Notes: generated from the letters alone by a model not told the origin. Shown: positions 33,793 to 43,449, numbered from the stretch's first letter. The stretch: 44,015 nt of DNA from Thermoplasmatota archaeon (GCA_049472235.1 JBLIRI010000002.1:1-44015); one strand, 5' to 3'. Translations and numbers: made by a program.

Positions 33793-36700
33793 ATGGGATG
33801 GCGAGCCAAAAGCGTCCTCACATGCTTGGTCCTGATGCTTCTCATAGGCATTCCAGTGATCGGAACCGCTGACGGGACCGAGGAGGAACAACAGGTCCAG
33901 GGTGCCCCCCCATCAAGAAGCCTTGTAACGATCCCCAAGGAGCATCTCAGGATAATCTCCGGAGGGATCTCGCAGTGGGGCCCCTACTGTCTCGGGATCG
34001 TCAACAGAACGACCTCCATCGAGCTGAAATTGAAGAACACGGCTGACGCTCCATTTACGGGAATACAGGTGGACCTGACCTTGTACTGGTACGATGCTCA
34101 CAAGGGCTTTTCCTTCGATAAGGGCCGGATCATGTACAAGGACCAGACAATGGTTTCCATCTTGCCGGGGGACGGGACCCTTTCGGAGCTGATCAGGTTC
34201 AAATGGGTTCCGAAATTTGCCGGCGCCTATGTCATGAACATCACCATAAAACTGCCAGGGGACCCGCGGCCCTACACCAACAGGACGTTGATCGCCGGTC
34301 TCCAGTATACCCTGGACCAGAGATCGATAACAGATGGCCTATGGGTGGGGACAGATTTCTGGAATGGGTCCTCTATGGATGGTTGGACATCTGAATCGGA
34401 CCAGGGTGAGGAAGGGATGGAATGGCATATCAGCGATCATGCCCTGGCCAGAGGCTATGAGACGCTGCATACGCCTGAAACGGCATACTGGGTCGGGAAC
34501 GATTCTTCGGGATCATCTCCCCGGACGGGAACATATTCCCTGATCTCGCCCCCAATGGACCTGACCGGGTTCAATCCCGATTCCTGGGACAGTTTCCTGG
34601 GAACGAGCAGACCACAGATATATTTCCTGTACAAGTTCAGGGGCAATATCACCAAGGAGGGAATATCCGGCGGCGGCGGGATATACCATTTCATAAGGTC
34701 CCGCAGCAATGGTGAATGGGAGCCCTGGGAGCCCCTTTTGGACCCGAAGGGTGAATGGATCAATCTCACGGGAAATACCACCAATGTCATCTGGGACCTG
34801 TCAAAGAGACCCTTTCTCCAGGGAGACCTGGAATTCATCGGCATCGATCTCGGGGAATACCAGGGAAGGACCGTCCAGATCAAGTTCGAGTATCATCCTT
34901 CCGGATATCCGGAACCGGGCTATGTGATCGATGACCTGCTCCTGATAGGCAAAGAGACGGTCGACATCGAACCGTTCTACATCGAATCCTTCACCGATGA
35001 GGTTCTCAGGTCCGACCCGGGTGAACCTCTGGGATTTGACCTGAAAGTCGTATCCAAGCTCAAGACCACCGATGATGAGGTCTCGATCCGGGTGGAGGCC
35101 ATCGAGGGTTCGGACTTCATCGACCTGTTCCGTGATGTGGTCATCGAGCCAGGGATACTGTCGCTCCCCAGGTCCTCGACAACTCCATCGACGATCTCGA
35201 TCACACTCATGCTTCCCCCATCATCCCCTTCGGGAGAGGGTTGGCTGAAGGTCAGGATATTCGGAAGCGGCACCATCAAGGAGGTTTCCTTCCGATTCAT
35301 CGTGAATTCCAGAAGGTCTCTGGACCTCTCGGTCGAGGGAAGGACATCCACCACACTTGAACCCGGAGTTCCCGAGAACCTCCAGGTCTCTGTCCACAAT
35401 GAGGGGAATGTGGAAGAGTACGTTCATCTGACCTTCATTACCGGTACCGATCTTGCAGCGGAAGGCAAGATGGGGTCCTTCTCGCTTGTGCCGGACGAGA
35501 TCATGACCACCTCGATCGCCATATCAGTTCCTCTGGATTCTCTGGCAGGAGAGAAATCCGGCTACATAGTTGTCTCGAGGTCCGCCCTCCCGGCAAATGC
35601 TATCGACATTATCGAGGAGGAGCCCAATCCGGGGTGGTCATTCATCAGGCTCGATCATTTCGTGGGACATGTGTTTGACCTCGAGTTCATCGATCCTTCT
35701 CCGGCCGCCATCTATTATGAGATCGAGAATCCTCCAAAGAACGGCACCTTGGAGGTCCCATTTCACCTGATCCTGGCTAATAAGGGTAATTCCAGGGATG
35801 TGCCGATCTTCTTCAGCCCTGGTTGGACGGACAGGGACGACATAGCACTTGTTCTGCCGGAGAATGAATCGATCGATCCGGGCTCCACCAAATTCGTGAA
35901 CATCACCGTGAAGGTAACATTCCCCGTACCCGACGGGATATATCAGTTCAATGTTCAGGCAACCTCTTCGGGAAGCGAGGAAATCAAGACCGAAATGATC
36001 ACCCTTACACTCTCCATCGGCGGAGCCCCGGTCTCAAGCGGCATTTACCTCGTAAATGGCTCTCTGGAACTTCAACCGGCAAGGGCAGTGCTTGGCCAGG
36101 ATGTGGTAATATCCTTCACCGTGCGGTCCTTTGGATTCCTGGAGGATGATAGCTTCACCTCTCTGATACAGCTCAATAATCTGGAGATCAACCAACCGTA
36201 TCTGATATCCCGTTATCAAGACAAGGTATGCCAGCTGACCTGGAGGTTCGATCAGCCCGGGAGTGTCCGGCTTAGGATAAGTCTTCCGGATTGGAAAGAC
36301 CCTCCACCCGGGGCCGTCGAACTGGTATCCTCTCTGGAAAGGTATATTGACGTTGGTTTTATCGACCTTAACATCACGAAGGTCCAGCTCATTAAGGAGA
36401 ATGGGGATGAGGCCCAGGGTGAGGTTCGACCGGGCGTTCACGAGTTCTCGGTGAACCTGAGCAATAACGGGAATGCGACTGCGGACATTTTCGCACTTTC
36501 GCTGACGGTGGAGGACATGTCAACGGGAACGTGGTTGAACCTCACACTTAACGTGACCGACCTTGGACCAGGAGAGATCAGGAACCTGACATTCAAGAAC
36601 ATCTTGCTCCAGCAGGAAAGGGTCTACTTCTTCACGATAGCCGTTGATAATAATGGAAGATGGGAGGATATGGACCTCACCAATGACCAGAAGGAGCAAG

Positions 36701-36831
36701 AGGTGGAAGTGGGGACGGTTCCTCCCGAACTGCCCGCGTGGAGGAACGACCTATGGTTGGTGGTGGGCTTCATGATCACCCTCATCCTGACAGTGGGGCT
36801 TCTTCTTTACATGCTCAGGAAGAAGTTGTGA
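33793..36831 (+). CDS. very large surface protein: signal-anchor, MAM/choice-of-anchor-J-like jelly-roll, multiple CARDB-like beta-sandwich domains, C-terminal TM
   Basis: 1012 aa. GWTSES...WHISD...YSLISPPMDL...VQIKFEYH...GYVIDDLLLIG is jelly-roll-like. CARDB-like VSVHNEGNVEEYVHLTF and FSVNLSNNGNATADIF...LGPGEIRNLTF. TM LWLVVGFMITLILTVGLLLYML. Confidence 0.75.
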   Translation: MGWRAKSVLTCLVLMLLIGIPVIGTADGTEEEQQVQGAPPSRSLVTIPKEHLRIISGGISQWGPYCLGIVNRTTSIELKLKNTADAPFTGIQVDLTLYWYDAHKGFSFDKGRIMYKDQTMVSILPGDGTLSELIRFKWVPKFAGAYVMNITIKLPGDPRPYTNRTLIAGLQYTLDQRSITDGLWVGTDFWNGSSMDGWTSESDQGEEGMEWHISDHALARGYETLHTPETAYWVGNDSSGSSPRTGTYSLISPPMDLTGFNPDSWDSFLGTSRPQIYFLYKFRGNITKEGISGGGGIYHFIRSRSNGEWEPWEPLLDPKGEWINLTGNTTNVIWDLSKRPFLQGDLEFIGIDLGEYQGRTVQIKFEYHPSGYPEPGYVIDDLLLIGKETVDIEPFYIESFTDEVLRSDPGEPLGFDLKVVSKLKTTDDEVSIRVEAIEGSDFIDLFRDVVIEPGILSLPRSSTTPSTISITLMLPPSSPSGEGWLKVRIFGSGTIKEVSFRFIVNSRRSLDLSVEGRTSTTLEPGVPENLQVSVHNEGNVEEYVHLTFITGTDLAAEGKMGSFSLVPDEIMTTSIAISVPLDSLAGEKSGYIVVSRSALPANAIDIIEEEPNPGWSFIRLDHFVGHVFDLEFIDPSPAAIYYEIENPPKNGTLEVPFHLILANKGNSRDVPIFFSPGWTDRDDIALVLPENESIDPGSTKFVNITVKVTFPVPDGIYQFNVQATSSGSEEIKTEMITLTLSIGGAPVSSGIYLVNGSLELQPARAVLGQDVVISFTVRSFGFLEDDSFTSLIQLNNLEINQPYLISRYQDKVCQLTWRFDQPGSVRLRISLPDWKDPPPGAVELVSSLERYIDVGFIDLNITKVQLIKENGDEAQGEVRPGVHEFSVNLSNNGNATADIFALSLTVEDMSTGTWLNLTLNVTDLGPGEIRNLTFKNILLQQERVYFFTIAVDNNGRWEDMDLTNDQKEQEVEVGTVPPELPAWRNDLWLVVGFMITLILTVGLLLYMLRKKL

Positions 36832-36937
36832 AGGCTACCCGGCGGACAGCCGCTCATCATTTCCCGACCCGGGCCCCGTCTCTTGTAAAAATTCATATAC
36901 TGGGTGGCATTTCGAGGTCTCTCTGATATCTGCCAAA

Positions 36938-36949
36938 CATATATATACC
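36938..36949 (+). promoter_or_regulatory. TATA-like box upstream of the str cluster
   Basis: CATATATATACC lies about 45-55 nt upstream of the uS12 ATG. Confidence 0.35.
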
Positions 36950-36993
36950 AGGTTCAAGTAACCCCCGCAGGTATCCAACAGGAGTGTTCCCAT

Positions 36994-37422
36994 ATGGCAA
37001 AGGGACTGTTTACGGCTAGAAAGTTGAGAAAGGACGCCCAGAAGAAACGGTGGAACGACCGCTATTACAAAAGGCGCGTCCTGAAGCTCAAGGAGAGATC
37101 GGACCCCCTTCAGGGCAGCGCCCAGGCAAGAGGTATAGTCCTAGAGAAGGTCGGAGTGGAGGCCAAGCAGCCCAACTCTGCCATCAGGAAATGCGTCAAG
37201 ATCCAGCTGATCAAGAACGGAAGGCAGATAACTGCTTTCGCCCCCGGCAACGGAGCGATCAACTTCATAGACGAGCACGATGAGGTTATGGTCGAGGGTA
37301 TCGGCGGTCGTCTGGGCCGTTCCTACGGTGACATTCCCGGGGTCAGATACAAGGTGATCAAGGTCAACAGCGTTTCCCTCGATGAGATGGTAAGAGGAAG
37401 GAAGGAGAAACCTGTCCGCTGA
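36994..37422 (+). CDS. rps12: 30S ribosomal protein uS12
   Basis: 142 aa. Motifs: [44 protein letters not shown]. Start moved from track 36904 to ATG 36994. Confidence 0.95.
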   Translation: MAKGLFTARKLRKDAQKKRWNDRYYKRRVLKLKERSDPLQGSAQARGIVLEKVGVEAKQPNSAIRKCVKIQLIKNGRQITAFAPGNGAINFIDEHDEVMVEGIGGRLGRSYGDIPGVRYKVIKVNSVSLDEMVRGRKEKPVR

Positions 37423-37436
37423 ATGGAGGATTCAAA

Positions 37437-38420
37437 ATGGCCCCGAAGAAGAAGGAAGAGGTCTCTGAAGAAACTGCCCAGGCAGTCGAGGAGAAGCAGG
37501 AAGAGACCGAGGTCAAGGTCGAGGAAACACCGAAGAAGAAGACCTCGAGAAAGACCAAGAAGGAAGAGATAAAGGAACAACCGGTCAAGGAAGAGGAGCC
37601 CCCGGCGGAAAGCGAGATGCAGGAAGCCGAGCAGGAAGCAAAGGAAGAGGCCAAGACCGAAGATATTCCCCAGGAGCCGGAAAAGGTCGAGGCCGGGGAA
37701 CCCGAGGAGGTCTCGGAGGATGTGGAGGAGGCTCCCAAAGAGGATATCGATGAAGCCCCGGCCGAAGAGGTCCCTGAGGAGCCGTCGGAGGAAGAGGGCT
37801 CGAAGGAGCCTGCAAAGAAGAGGTCTACCAAGAAGTCAAAGGAGGAAGGCCCATTCCCGGAGGACCTGGTTTTCGGAAGGTACAATTCCAAGGAGGTCGT
37901 GGTGGAGGACCCGAGCCTGAAGGCCTTCATCAACCTCGATCCGTCCTATGTTCCCCATTCAAGTGCCAGGCATGCCAACAAACCTTTTCACAAGCACAAG
38001 ATATCGATCGTTGAGAGGCTCATCAACAACATGATGCGGACCGAGAAGTATACCGGAAAGAAGACGAAGAGCTACAAGGCGGTGCTTGATGCCTTCCAGC
38101 TGATAGAGAAAAGGACCAAGGAGAACCCGGTCCAGGTTCTCGTCAGGGCCATCGAGAACTGCGCTCCCAGGGAAGAGGTTACAAGGCTCAAGTTCGGCGG
38201 GATCTCCGTTCCGAAGGCCGTCGATACCGCCCCCACAAGAAGGCTGGACATAGCCCTCCGCAACATCTCGATCGGCACGGTGAAAGCATCCCACAAGAAC
38301 AAGAAATCCATATCCGAGTGCCTGGCCGCGGAGCTGATAGCCGCCTCAAAGGGGGATATCCAGAGCTTTGCGGTCTCCAAGAGGGACGAGGTCGAGAGGG
38401 TAGCGAAATCGGCCCATTGA
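37437..38420 (+). CDS. rps7: 30S ribosomal protein uS7 with a ~140-aa KE/P-rich N-terminal extension
   Basis: 327 aa with GGAGGA 7 nt upstream. The canonical archaeal uS7 core starts near LVFGRYNSKEVVVEDPSLKAFINL and ends FAVSKRDEVERVAKSAH. No alternative start lies near the core. Confidence 0.9.
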   Translation: MAPKKKEEVSEETAQAVEEKQEETEVKVEETPKKKTSRKTKKEEIKEQPVKEEEPPAESEMQEAEQEAKEEAKTEDIPQEPEKVEAGEPEEVSEDVEEAPKEDIDEAPAEEVPEEPSEEEGSKEPAKKRSTKKSKEEGPFPEDLVFGRYNSKEVVVEDPSLKAFINLDPSYVPHSSARHANKPFHKHKISIVERLINNMMRTEKYTGKKTKSYKAVLDAFQLIEKRTKENPVQVLVRAIENCAPREEVTRLKFGGISVPKAVDTAPTRRLDIALRNISIGTVKASHKNKKSISECLAAELIAASKGDIQSFAVSKRDEVERVAKSAH

Positions 38421-38470
38421 TGCAGATGAAGAGAACATGATGCCATAAAATAGCCCCAGAGTTGGTGAGT

Positions 38471-40672
38471 ATGGGAAGAAGAGAAGATAATATCAGAGAA
38501 GCCCAGAAGATCATGGACAAGCCCACGTTCATCAGGAACATCGGAATCGTGGCGCATATTGATCACGGCAAGACAACACTTTCCGACAACCTGATCGCAG
38601 GCGCCGGGATGATGTCGGAAGAACTTGCCGGAAAGCAGCTTCTTCTGGACTTCGATGAGCAGGAGCAGGCGAGGGGTATCACGATCAATGCGGCGAACGC
38701 ATCCATGGTCCACCAGTACTAGGGTGAGAACCACCTGATCAATCTCATCGATACCCCGGGCCTCGTCGATTTCGGCGGTGATGTCACAAGGGCGATGAGG
38801 GCCGTCGACGGATGTGTCATTGTGACCTGCGCCGTCGAGGGTGTCATGCCCCAGACCGAAACAGTGATAAGGCAGGCACTTAAGGAGAAGGTCAAACCGG
38901 TACTCTTCATCAACAAGGTGGACCGTCTGATAAACGAACTCAAGGTTACCCCGGAGGAGATGCAGAAGAGGTTCGTCAAGATAATCAAGCACGTCAACGA
39001 CCTCGTGACGAAGATGGTCCCGCCCGAGTTCAGGGGAAAATGGTTCATGACCCCCGAGAACGGAACCGTAGCCTTCGGGTCAGCCTATCATAACTGGGCG
39101 ATCTCGGTGCCCTACATGCAGAAGCAGGGAGTGACCTTCAAGGACATCTACGATTATCTGAACCAGGGAAGGCAGAAGGAACTTGCCAAGAAAGCTCCGC
39201 TCCATCAGGTGCTTCTTGATATGATAATCAAGCATCTTCCGAATCCCTTTGATGCTCAGAAGTACAGGATCCCCCACATATGGCACGGGGACGAAGGGTC
39301 CGACATCGGAAAGGCCATGGTGAGCTGTTCTCCGAGGTCCGAACCTGTGTTGATGGTCACCAAGATCATCATCGATCCGCATGCCGGAGAGATCGCCTCG
39401 GGAAGACTTTTTGCTGGCTCCATCGAGAGGGGCCAGGAACTCTATGTGAGCGGTATGCCCGGAGTGGCAAGGGCCCAGGCGGTCTCGGTAGCGGTCGGTC
39501 CGGACAGGATCACGGTGGATAAGGCCATAGCGGGAAATATCGTCATGGTCTCTGGTCTGAAGTCGGCCATTGCCGGTTCGACCGTTTCAGGATTGCAGGA
39601 GATCGATGCCTTCGAAAAGATAGTGCATGTCTCGGAACCCGTGGTCACCGTGGCGGTGGAGGCAAAGCATATGAAGGACCTCCCCAAGCTCGTGGAGGTT
39701 CTCAGGATGGTCGCAAAGGCGGATCCTTCACTGAAGGTGGAGATAAACCAGGAGACCGGGGAGCACCTTCTCTCGGGTATGGGCGAACTTCACCTCGAGA
39801 TCACCGAATACAGGATACAGAAGGAGCAGGGGATCGAGATCAAGACCTCCCCGCCCATTGTTGTTTACAGGGAAACGATCCTCAAGAGGTCCGAGAGGGA
39901 GTTCGAGGGAAAGTCTCCGAACAAGCACAACAGGTTCTATTTCAGAGTGGAGCCCCTGCCCGAGGCAGTGGTCAACGCGATCAGGTCCGGAGAGGTGGCT
40001 TCCGACGAGAGGATCAAGGACGCCAAGGCCATGGCCAAGCAGCTTGAAGGTCTCGGCATGGACAAGGATGACGTCAAGCATGTCTACTGGATATGCGGCT
40101 CCAACATCTTCCTCAACTGTACCAAAGGTATCCAGTACCTCCACGAGACCAGGGAGCTTCTAATAGACGCTTTCAAGGAGGCCATGACCAAGGGACCAAG
40201 GGCGTGGGAACCCTGCATGGGTGTATGCGTCAAGCTGATGGATGCCAAACTTCACGAGGACACTATCCACAGAGGTCCGGGTCAGGTCATACCGGCCGGA
40301 AGGTCCGGCATATACGGTGCCATGGTGGAGGCATCCACCACCCTTCTGGAGCCGAAGCAGAAGCTCTTCGTTTCGGTACCCAACGAGCTCATGGGCGGCG
40401 TCAACCGTGAACTGAACTCGAGAAGGTGCACCATCGAGGATATGCCAATGGAAGGCGACCAGGTCACAATAATTGCCGCGGCTCCGGTTTCGGAGCTCTT
40501 CGGCTTTGCCGGTGCGATAAGGGGAGCCACCCAGGGAAGGGCCCTCTGGACGACCGAATTCCTGGGCTTCAGCCCGATACCAAGGGAGCTTCTGGATAAT
40601 GCCACAAGGGAGATCAGAACAAGGAAAGGTCTGAAACCGGATCCGCCCACCGCTGATTACTATGCGGCCTGA
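38471..40672 (+). CDS. fusA: elongation factor 2 (aEF-2), interrupted by an in-frame TAG at 38720-38722; formally a pseudogene under the standard code
   Basis: [36 protein letters not shown] ... [48 protein letters not shown] ... NKVDR ... [11 protein letters not shown] (diphthamide His). Track ORFs 38462..38722 and 38795..40672 are in the same frame. Confidence 0.9.
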
Positions 40673-40746
40673 ACATAGTACAATGAACATCAAACGTTAA
40701 ATATGAGGAGTAAATAAGGGAACAATCCGAGTAGGAGGGAATATCA

Positions 40747-42024
40747 ATGGCAGCAGAAAAACCCCATATGAACCTCGTATTCATCGGTCACGTCGACCAT
40801 GGTAAGTCAACCTCCGTGGGGAGGATCCTACTGGATACGGGGCATGTAGAGAAACATCTGATAGAAAAGTACAGGAAGCAGGCTGACGAGAAGGGAAAGG
40901 CGACCTTTGAGTTCGCTTGGGTCATGGACAGTTTGAAGGAAGAGAGGGAGCGCGGTGTGACCATCGACGTTTCCCACAAGCGGTTCGACACCGACAAGTT
41001 CTACTTCACCGTCATAGACGCACCTGGCCACAGGGATTTCGTCAAGAACATGATCACCGGAACATCCCAGGCCGATGCCGCGGTTCTCGTGGTTGCGGCC
41101 CCGGAGGGTGTCATGGCCCAGACAAAGGAACACGTCTTCCTTGCAAAGACCCTTGGAGTGAACCAGATCATCATAAACGTGAACAAGATGGACGCCACCA
41201 AGCCTGAATACAGCCAGGAAAGGTTCAATCAGGTCAAGGAGGACGTCGGCAAGCTCCTCAGGATGGTCGGATACAAGGACGATATGGTCCAGTTCGTCCC
41301 GAGCTCGGCATTCCTCGGCGACAACGTCGTGACCAAGAGCGGTAAGATGAGCTGGTGGTCCGGACCGACACTCCTGCAGTGTCTTGACAACCTTCAGATC
41401 CCACAGAAGCCCACCGAGCTTCCCCTCAGGCTACCGGTCCAGGACGTCTATACCATCACCGGTATCGGGACCGTCCCTGTGGGCAGGGTCGAGACTGGTA
41501 TCCTCAAGGTTGGGGACACTGTCGTGTTCTCCCCTTCGGGAGCCGGCGGCGAGGTCAAGACCATCGAGATGCATCACGAGACAATGCCCAAGGCGGAGCC
41601 CGGCGACAACGTGGGCTTCAACGTCAGGGGCGTCGGAAAGAACGATATCAGGAGAGGAGATGTCTGCGGGACCTCGGCCTCCAAGCCGACCGTGGCCAAG
41701 GCATTCACCGCCCAGATAGCAGTTCTCCAGCACCCGTCCGTGATAGCGGTCGGATACACTCCGGTGTTCCACCTTCACACCGCCCAGGTGGCCTGCACCT
41801 TCGAGGAGATCCTTAAGAAGCTGGACCCCAAGACCGGCCAGGTCAAGGAGGAGAACCCGCAGTTCCTGAAGACGGGCGACATCGCCTTCGTCAAGATCAC
41901 GCCGACAAAGCCACTGGTCATCGAGACTGCCAAGGAATACCCACAGCTCGGAAGGTTCGCCATCCGCGATATGGGGACCACCGTCGCTGCAGGCATGTGC
42001 CTTGACATCGAGAAGAAGGAGTAA
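40747..42024 (+). CDS. tuf: elongation factor 1-alpha (aEF-1A)
   Basis: 425 aa. Motifs: [27 protein letters not shown] lies upstream. Confidence 0.95.
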   Translation: MAAEKPHMNLVFIGHVDHGKSTSVGRILLDTGHVEKHLIEKYRKQADEKGKATFEFAWVMDSLKEERERGVTIDVSHKRFDTDKFYFTVIDAPGHRDFVKNMITGTSQADAAVLVVAAPEGVMAQTKEHVFLAKTLGVNQIIINVNKMDATKPEYSQERFNQVKEDVGKLLRMVGYKDDMVQFVPSSAFLGDNVVTKSGKMSWWSGPTLLQCLDNLQIPQKPTELPLRLPVQDVYTITGIGTVPVGRVETGILKVGDTVVFSPSGAGGEVKTIEMHHETMPKAEPGDNVGFNVRGVGKNDIRRGDVCGTSASKPTVAKAFTAQIAVLQHPSVIAVGYTPVFHLHTAQVACTFEEILKKLDPKTGQVKEENPQFLKTGDIAFVKITPTKPLVIETAKEYPQLGRFAIRDMGTTVAAGMCLDIEKKE

Positions 42025-42051
42025 GCCTTAAACTGATGATGGAATGGAGGA

Positions 42052-42369
42052 ATGGGATTGGTAGCAAAGGCCAGGATATCGTTGACGGGAACGGACGCAA
42101 AATCCCTTGACGGCGTCTGCAGTCAGATAAAACAGATCTCTGAAAGGACCGGAGTGAACCTCTCCGGGCCGATCCCGCTCCCCACAAAAAGGCTTGTGGT
42201 GCCCTGCAGGAAGTCCCCGGACGGCGAAGGTTCCGAGACCTGGGACCGCTGGGAGATGAGGGTCCACAAGAGGCTGATATATCTCGATGCCGACGATCGG
42301 GCGCTTAGGTCCCTTATGAGGATCAAGGTCCCCGATGATGTCAACATCGAGATCGTACTGAGAAGCTGA
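42052..42369 (+). CDS. rps10: 30S ribosomal protein uS10
   Basis: 105 aa. Motifs: [40 protein letters not shown]. Confidence 0.95.
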   Translation: MGLVAKARISLTGTDAKSLDGVCSQIKQISERTGVNLSGPIPLPTKRLVVPCRKSPDGEGSETWDRWEMRVHKRLIYLDADDRALRSLMRIKVPDDVNIEIVLRS

Positions 42370-42381
42370 GACCCTCCTACT

Positions 42382-42420
42382 CGAGCCGCTTGGCTTCTCT
42401 TTTTTTCATTTTATCTTTTT
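42382..42420 (+). terminator. short hairpin plus oligo-T tracts after the str cluster
   Basis: AGCC-GCTT-GGCT followed by a T7 run (42400-42406) and a T5 run (42416-42420). Archaeal termination is typically at oligo-T. Confidence 0.4.
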
Positions 42421-42482
42421 CCAGATAGTGTATGGTCTATACGGAAAGAGTTTTACCGATCAATATTTCGGTTTGGGAGGTA

Positions 42483-43223
42483 TCATATGACCTCTCCGCA
42501 GAATGTGCAGAACTGATGGTCCTTGATGTTCATCCTCCCGCAGTGGGGGCACCTGATCTTGTGTTTGTCCTTCTTCTTCAGAAGCTCCCCCACCATATCC
42601 TGTTCTTCGACCTCTTCAAGCTCCTCCACCTCATCAACCTCTTCCAGCTCTTCGAGGTCCTCGATGTCTCCCTCTCCTTCCTCATCCTCCCAGGTATGCC
42701 CCTTTAGAGCCCATTTCTTGACCTCCTTGAGACCGGTCATCCCCGCGGGAGGGAGGGCTATGAGCACCTTCATCCCCCTCCTTGTCAACCCTTTGTGTAT
42801 GTAGACCCCTTCCTCCCGGTCCACGATCCCCTTCAGCTCTCCCCTGGCGATCATGTTCTCGAGGACCTGTGTGATCTGCTCGGTGTCGCAGACCCCCACC
42901 CTTGCCAGGTATTGAAGGGGGATCCTTTCGTTGTACTTCACCTTGGAATGGTAGAGGAAGAAGATCATCTTGTATCTCAGGTCCTTCCATCGCATGTCCA
43001 TGGTCCAGAATGCGACCATGAGGATGGAGAACAGGAGGGCGATGAACCCGACGAACATGATGAGCGCCCAGCCCATGGGATCTTCCATGAAGAAATCCGA
43101 GACCTCCTCGAGAAAAGGCGCTCCGAAAAAGCCAAGCATGAAAAAGGTCAGAAAGACGAGGAACTGGACCAGGAATACTCCTGCAAGGATGTTGGTGATG
43201 ATCCTGAATGGACGTCCGATCAA
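42483..43223 (-). CDS. membrane-anchored winged-helix-like protein with an acidic linker and a C-terminal zinc ribbon
   Basis: 246 aa with a TTG start (uncertain). 2-3 N-terminal TMs. wHTH-like LQYLARVGVCDTEQITQVLENMIARGELKGIVD. Acidic EDEEGEGDIEDLEELEEVDEVEELEEVEE. CPHC...CTFC. Confidence 0.55.
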   Translation of the reverse strand: MIGRPFRIITNILAGVFLVQFLVFLTFFMLGFFGAPFLEEVSDFFMEDPMGWALIMFVGFIALLFSILMVAFWTMDMRWKDLRYKMIFFLYHSKVKYNERIPLQYLARVGVCDTEQITQVLENMIARGELKGIVDREEGVYIHKGLTRRGMKVLIALPPAGMTGLKEVKKWALKGHTWEDEEGEGDIEDLEELEEVDEVEELEEVEEQDMVGELLKKKDKHKIRCPHCGRMNIKDHQFCTFCGEVI

Positions 43224-43449
43224 ATCTATCGCTCGAGTATCATGCTTATTGTTTATTATTTCTATCGTTATATGAGAAAAAACCCAATCAATGCTCCGCT
43301 CCTCTGCAGTTGATAACTGAGGCCACCATATCGATAGGAAAGTGTTAGCCTCAGACTTCGCAAAATCGGATTATGGGATGATCATTTTGCGATTTTGCTT
43401 GGTTTTTACCTTTTCGATTGGAGATTAAATTTCTGAAAAGGTAAAAATA

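Noticed and set aside
36820-36870. Possible C/D-box sRNA on the minus strand (AUGAUGA at complement 36861-36867, CUGA about 35 nt downstream)
   Set aside because: No internal D'/C' boxes or terminal stem are visible. The candidate overlaps the 3' end of a protein gene. Single box matches of this length are expected by chance.
36904-36993. N-terminally extended uS12 (track ORF start 36904)
   Set aside because: The extension would start inside the putative promoter. Canonical archaeal uS12 begins MAKG.../MSG..., exactly at ATG 36994.
38720-38722. Genome-wide reassignment of TAG to a sense codon as the explanation for the EF-2 TAG
   Set aside because: TAG ends at least six well-supported genes in this window. 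Downstream of those stops come a terminator hairpin (6698), a directly abutting next start codon (24541), or about 700 codons of antisense sequence (19133). Any recoding would therefore have to be site-specific.
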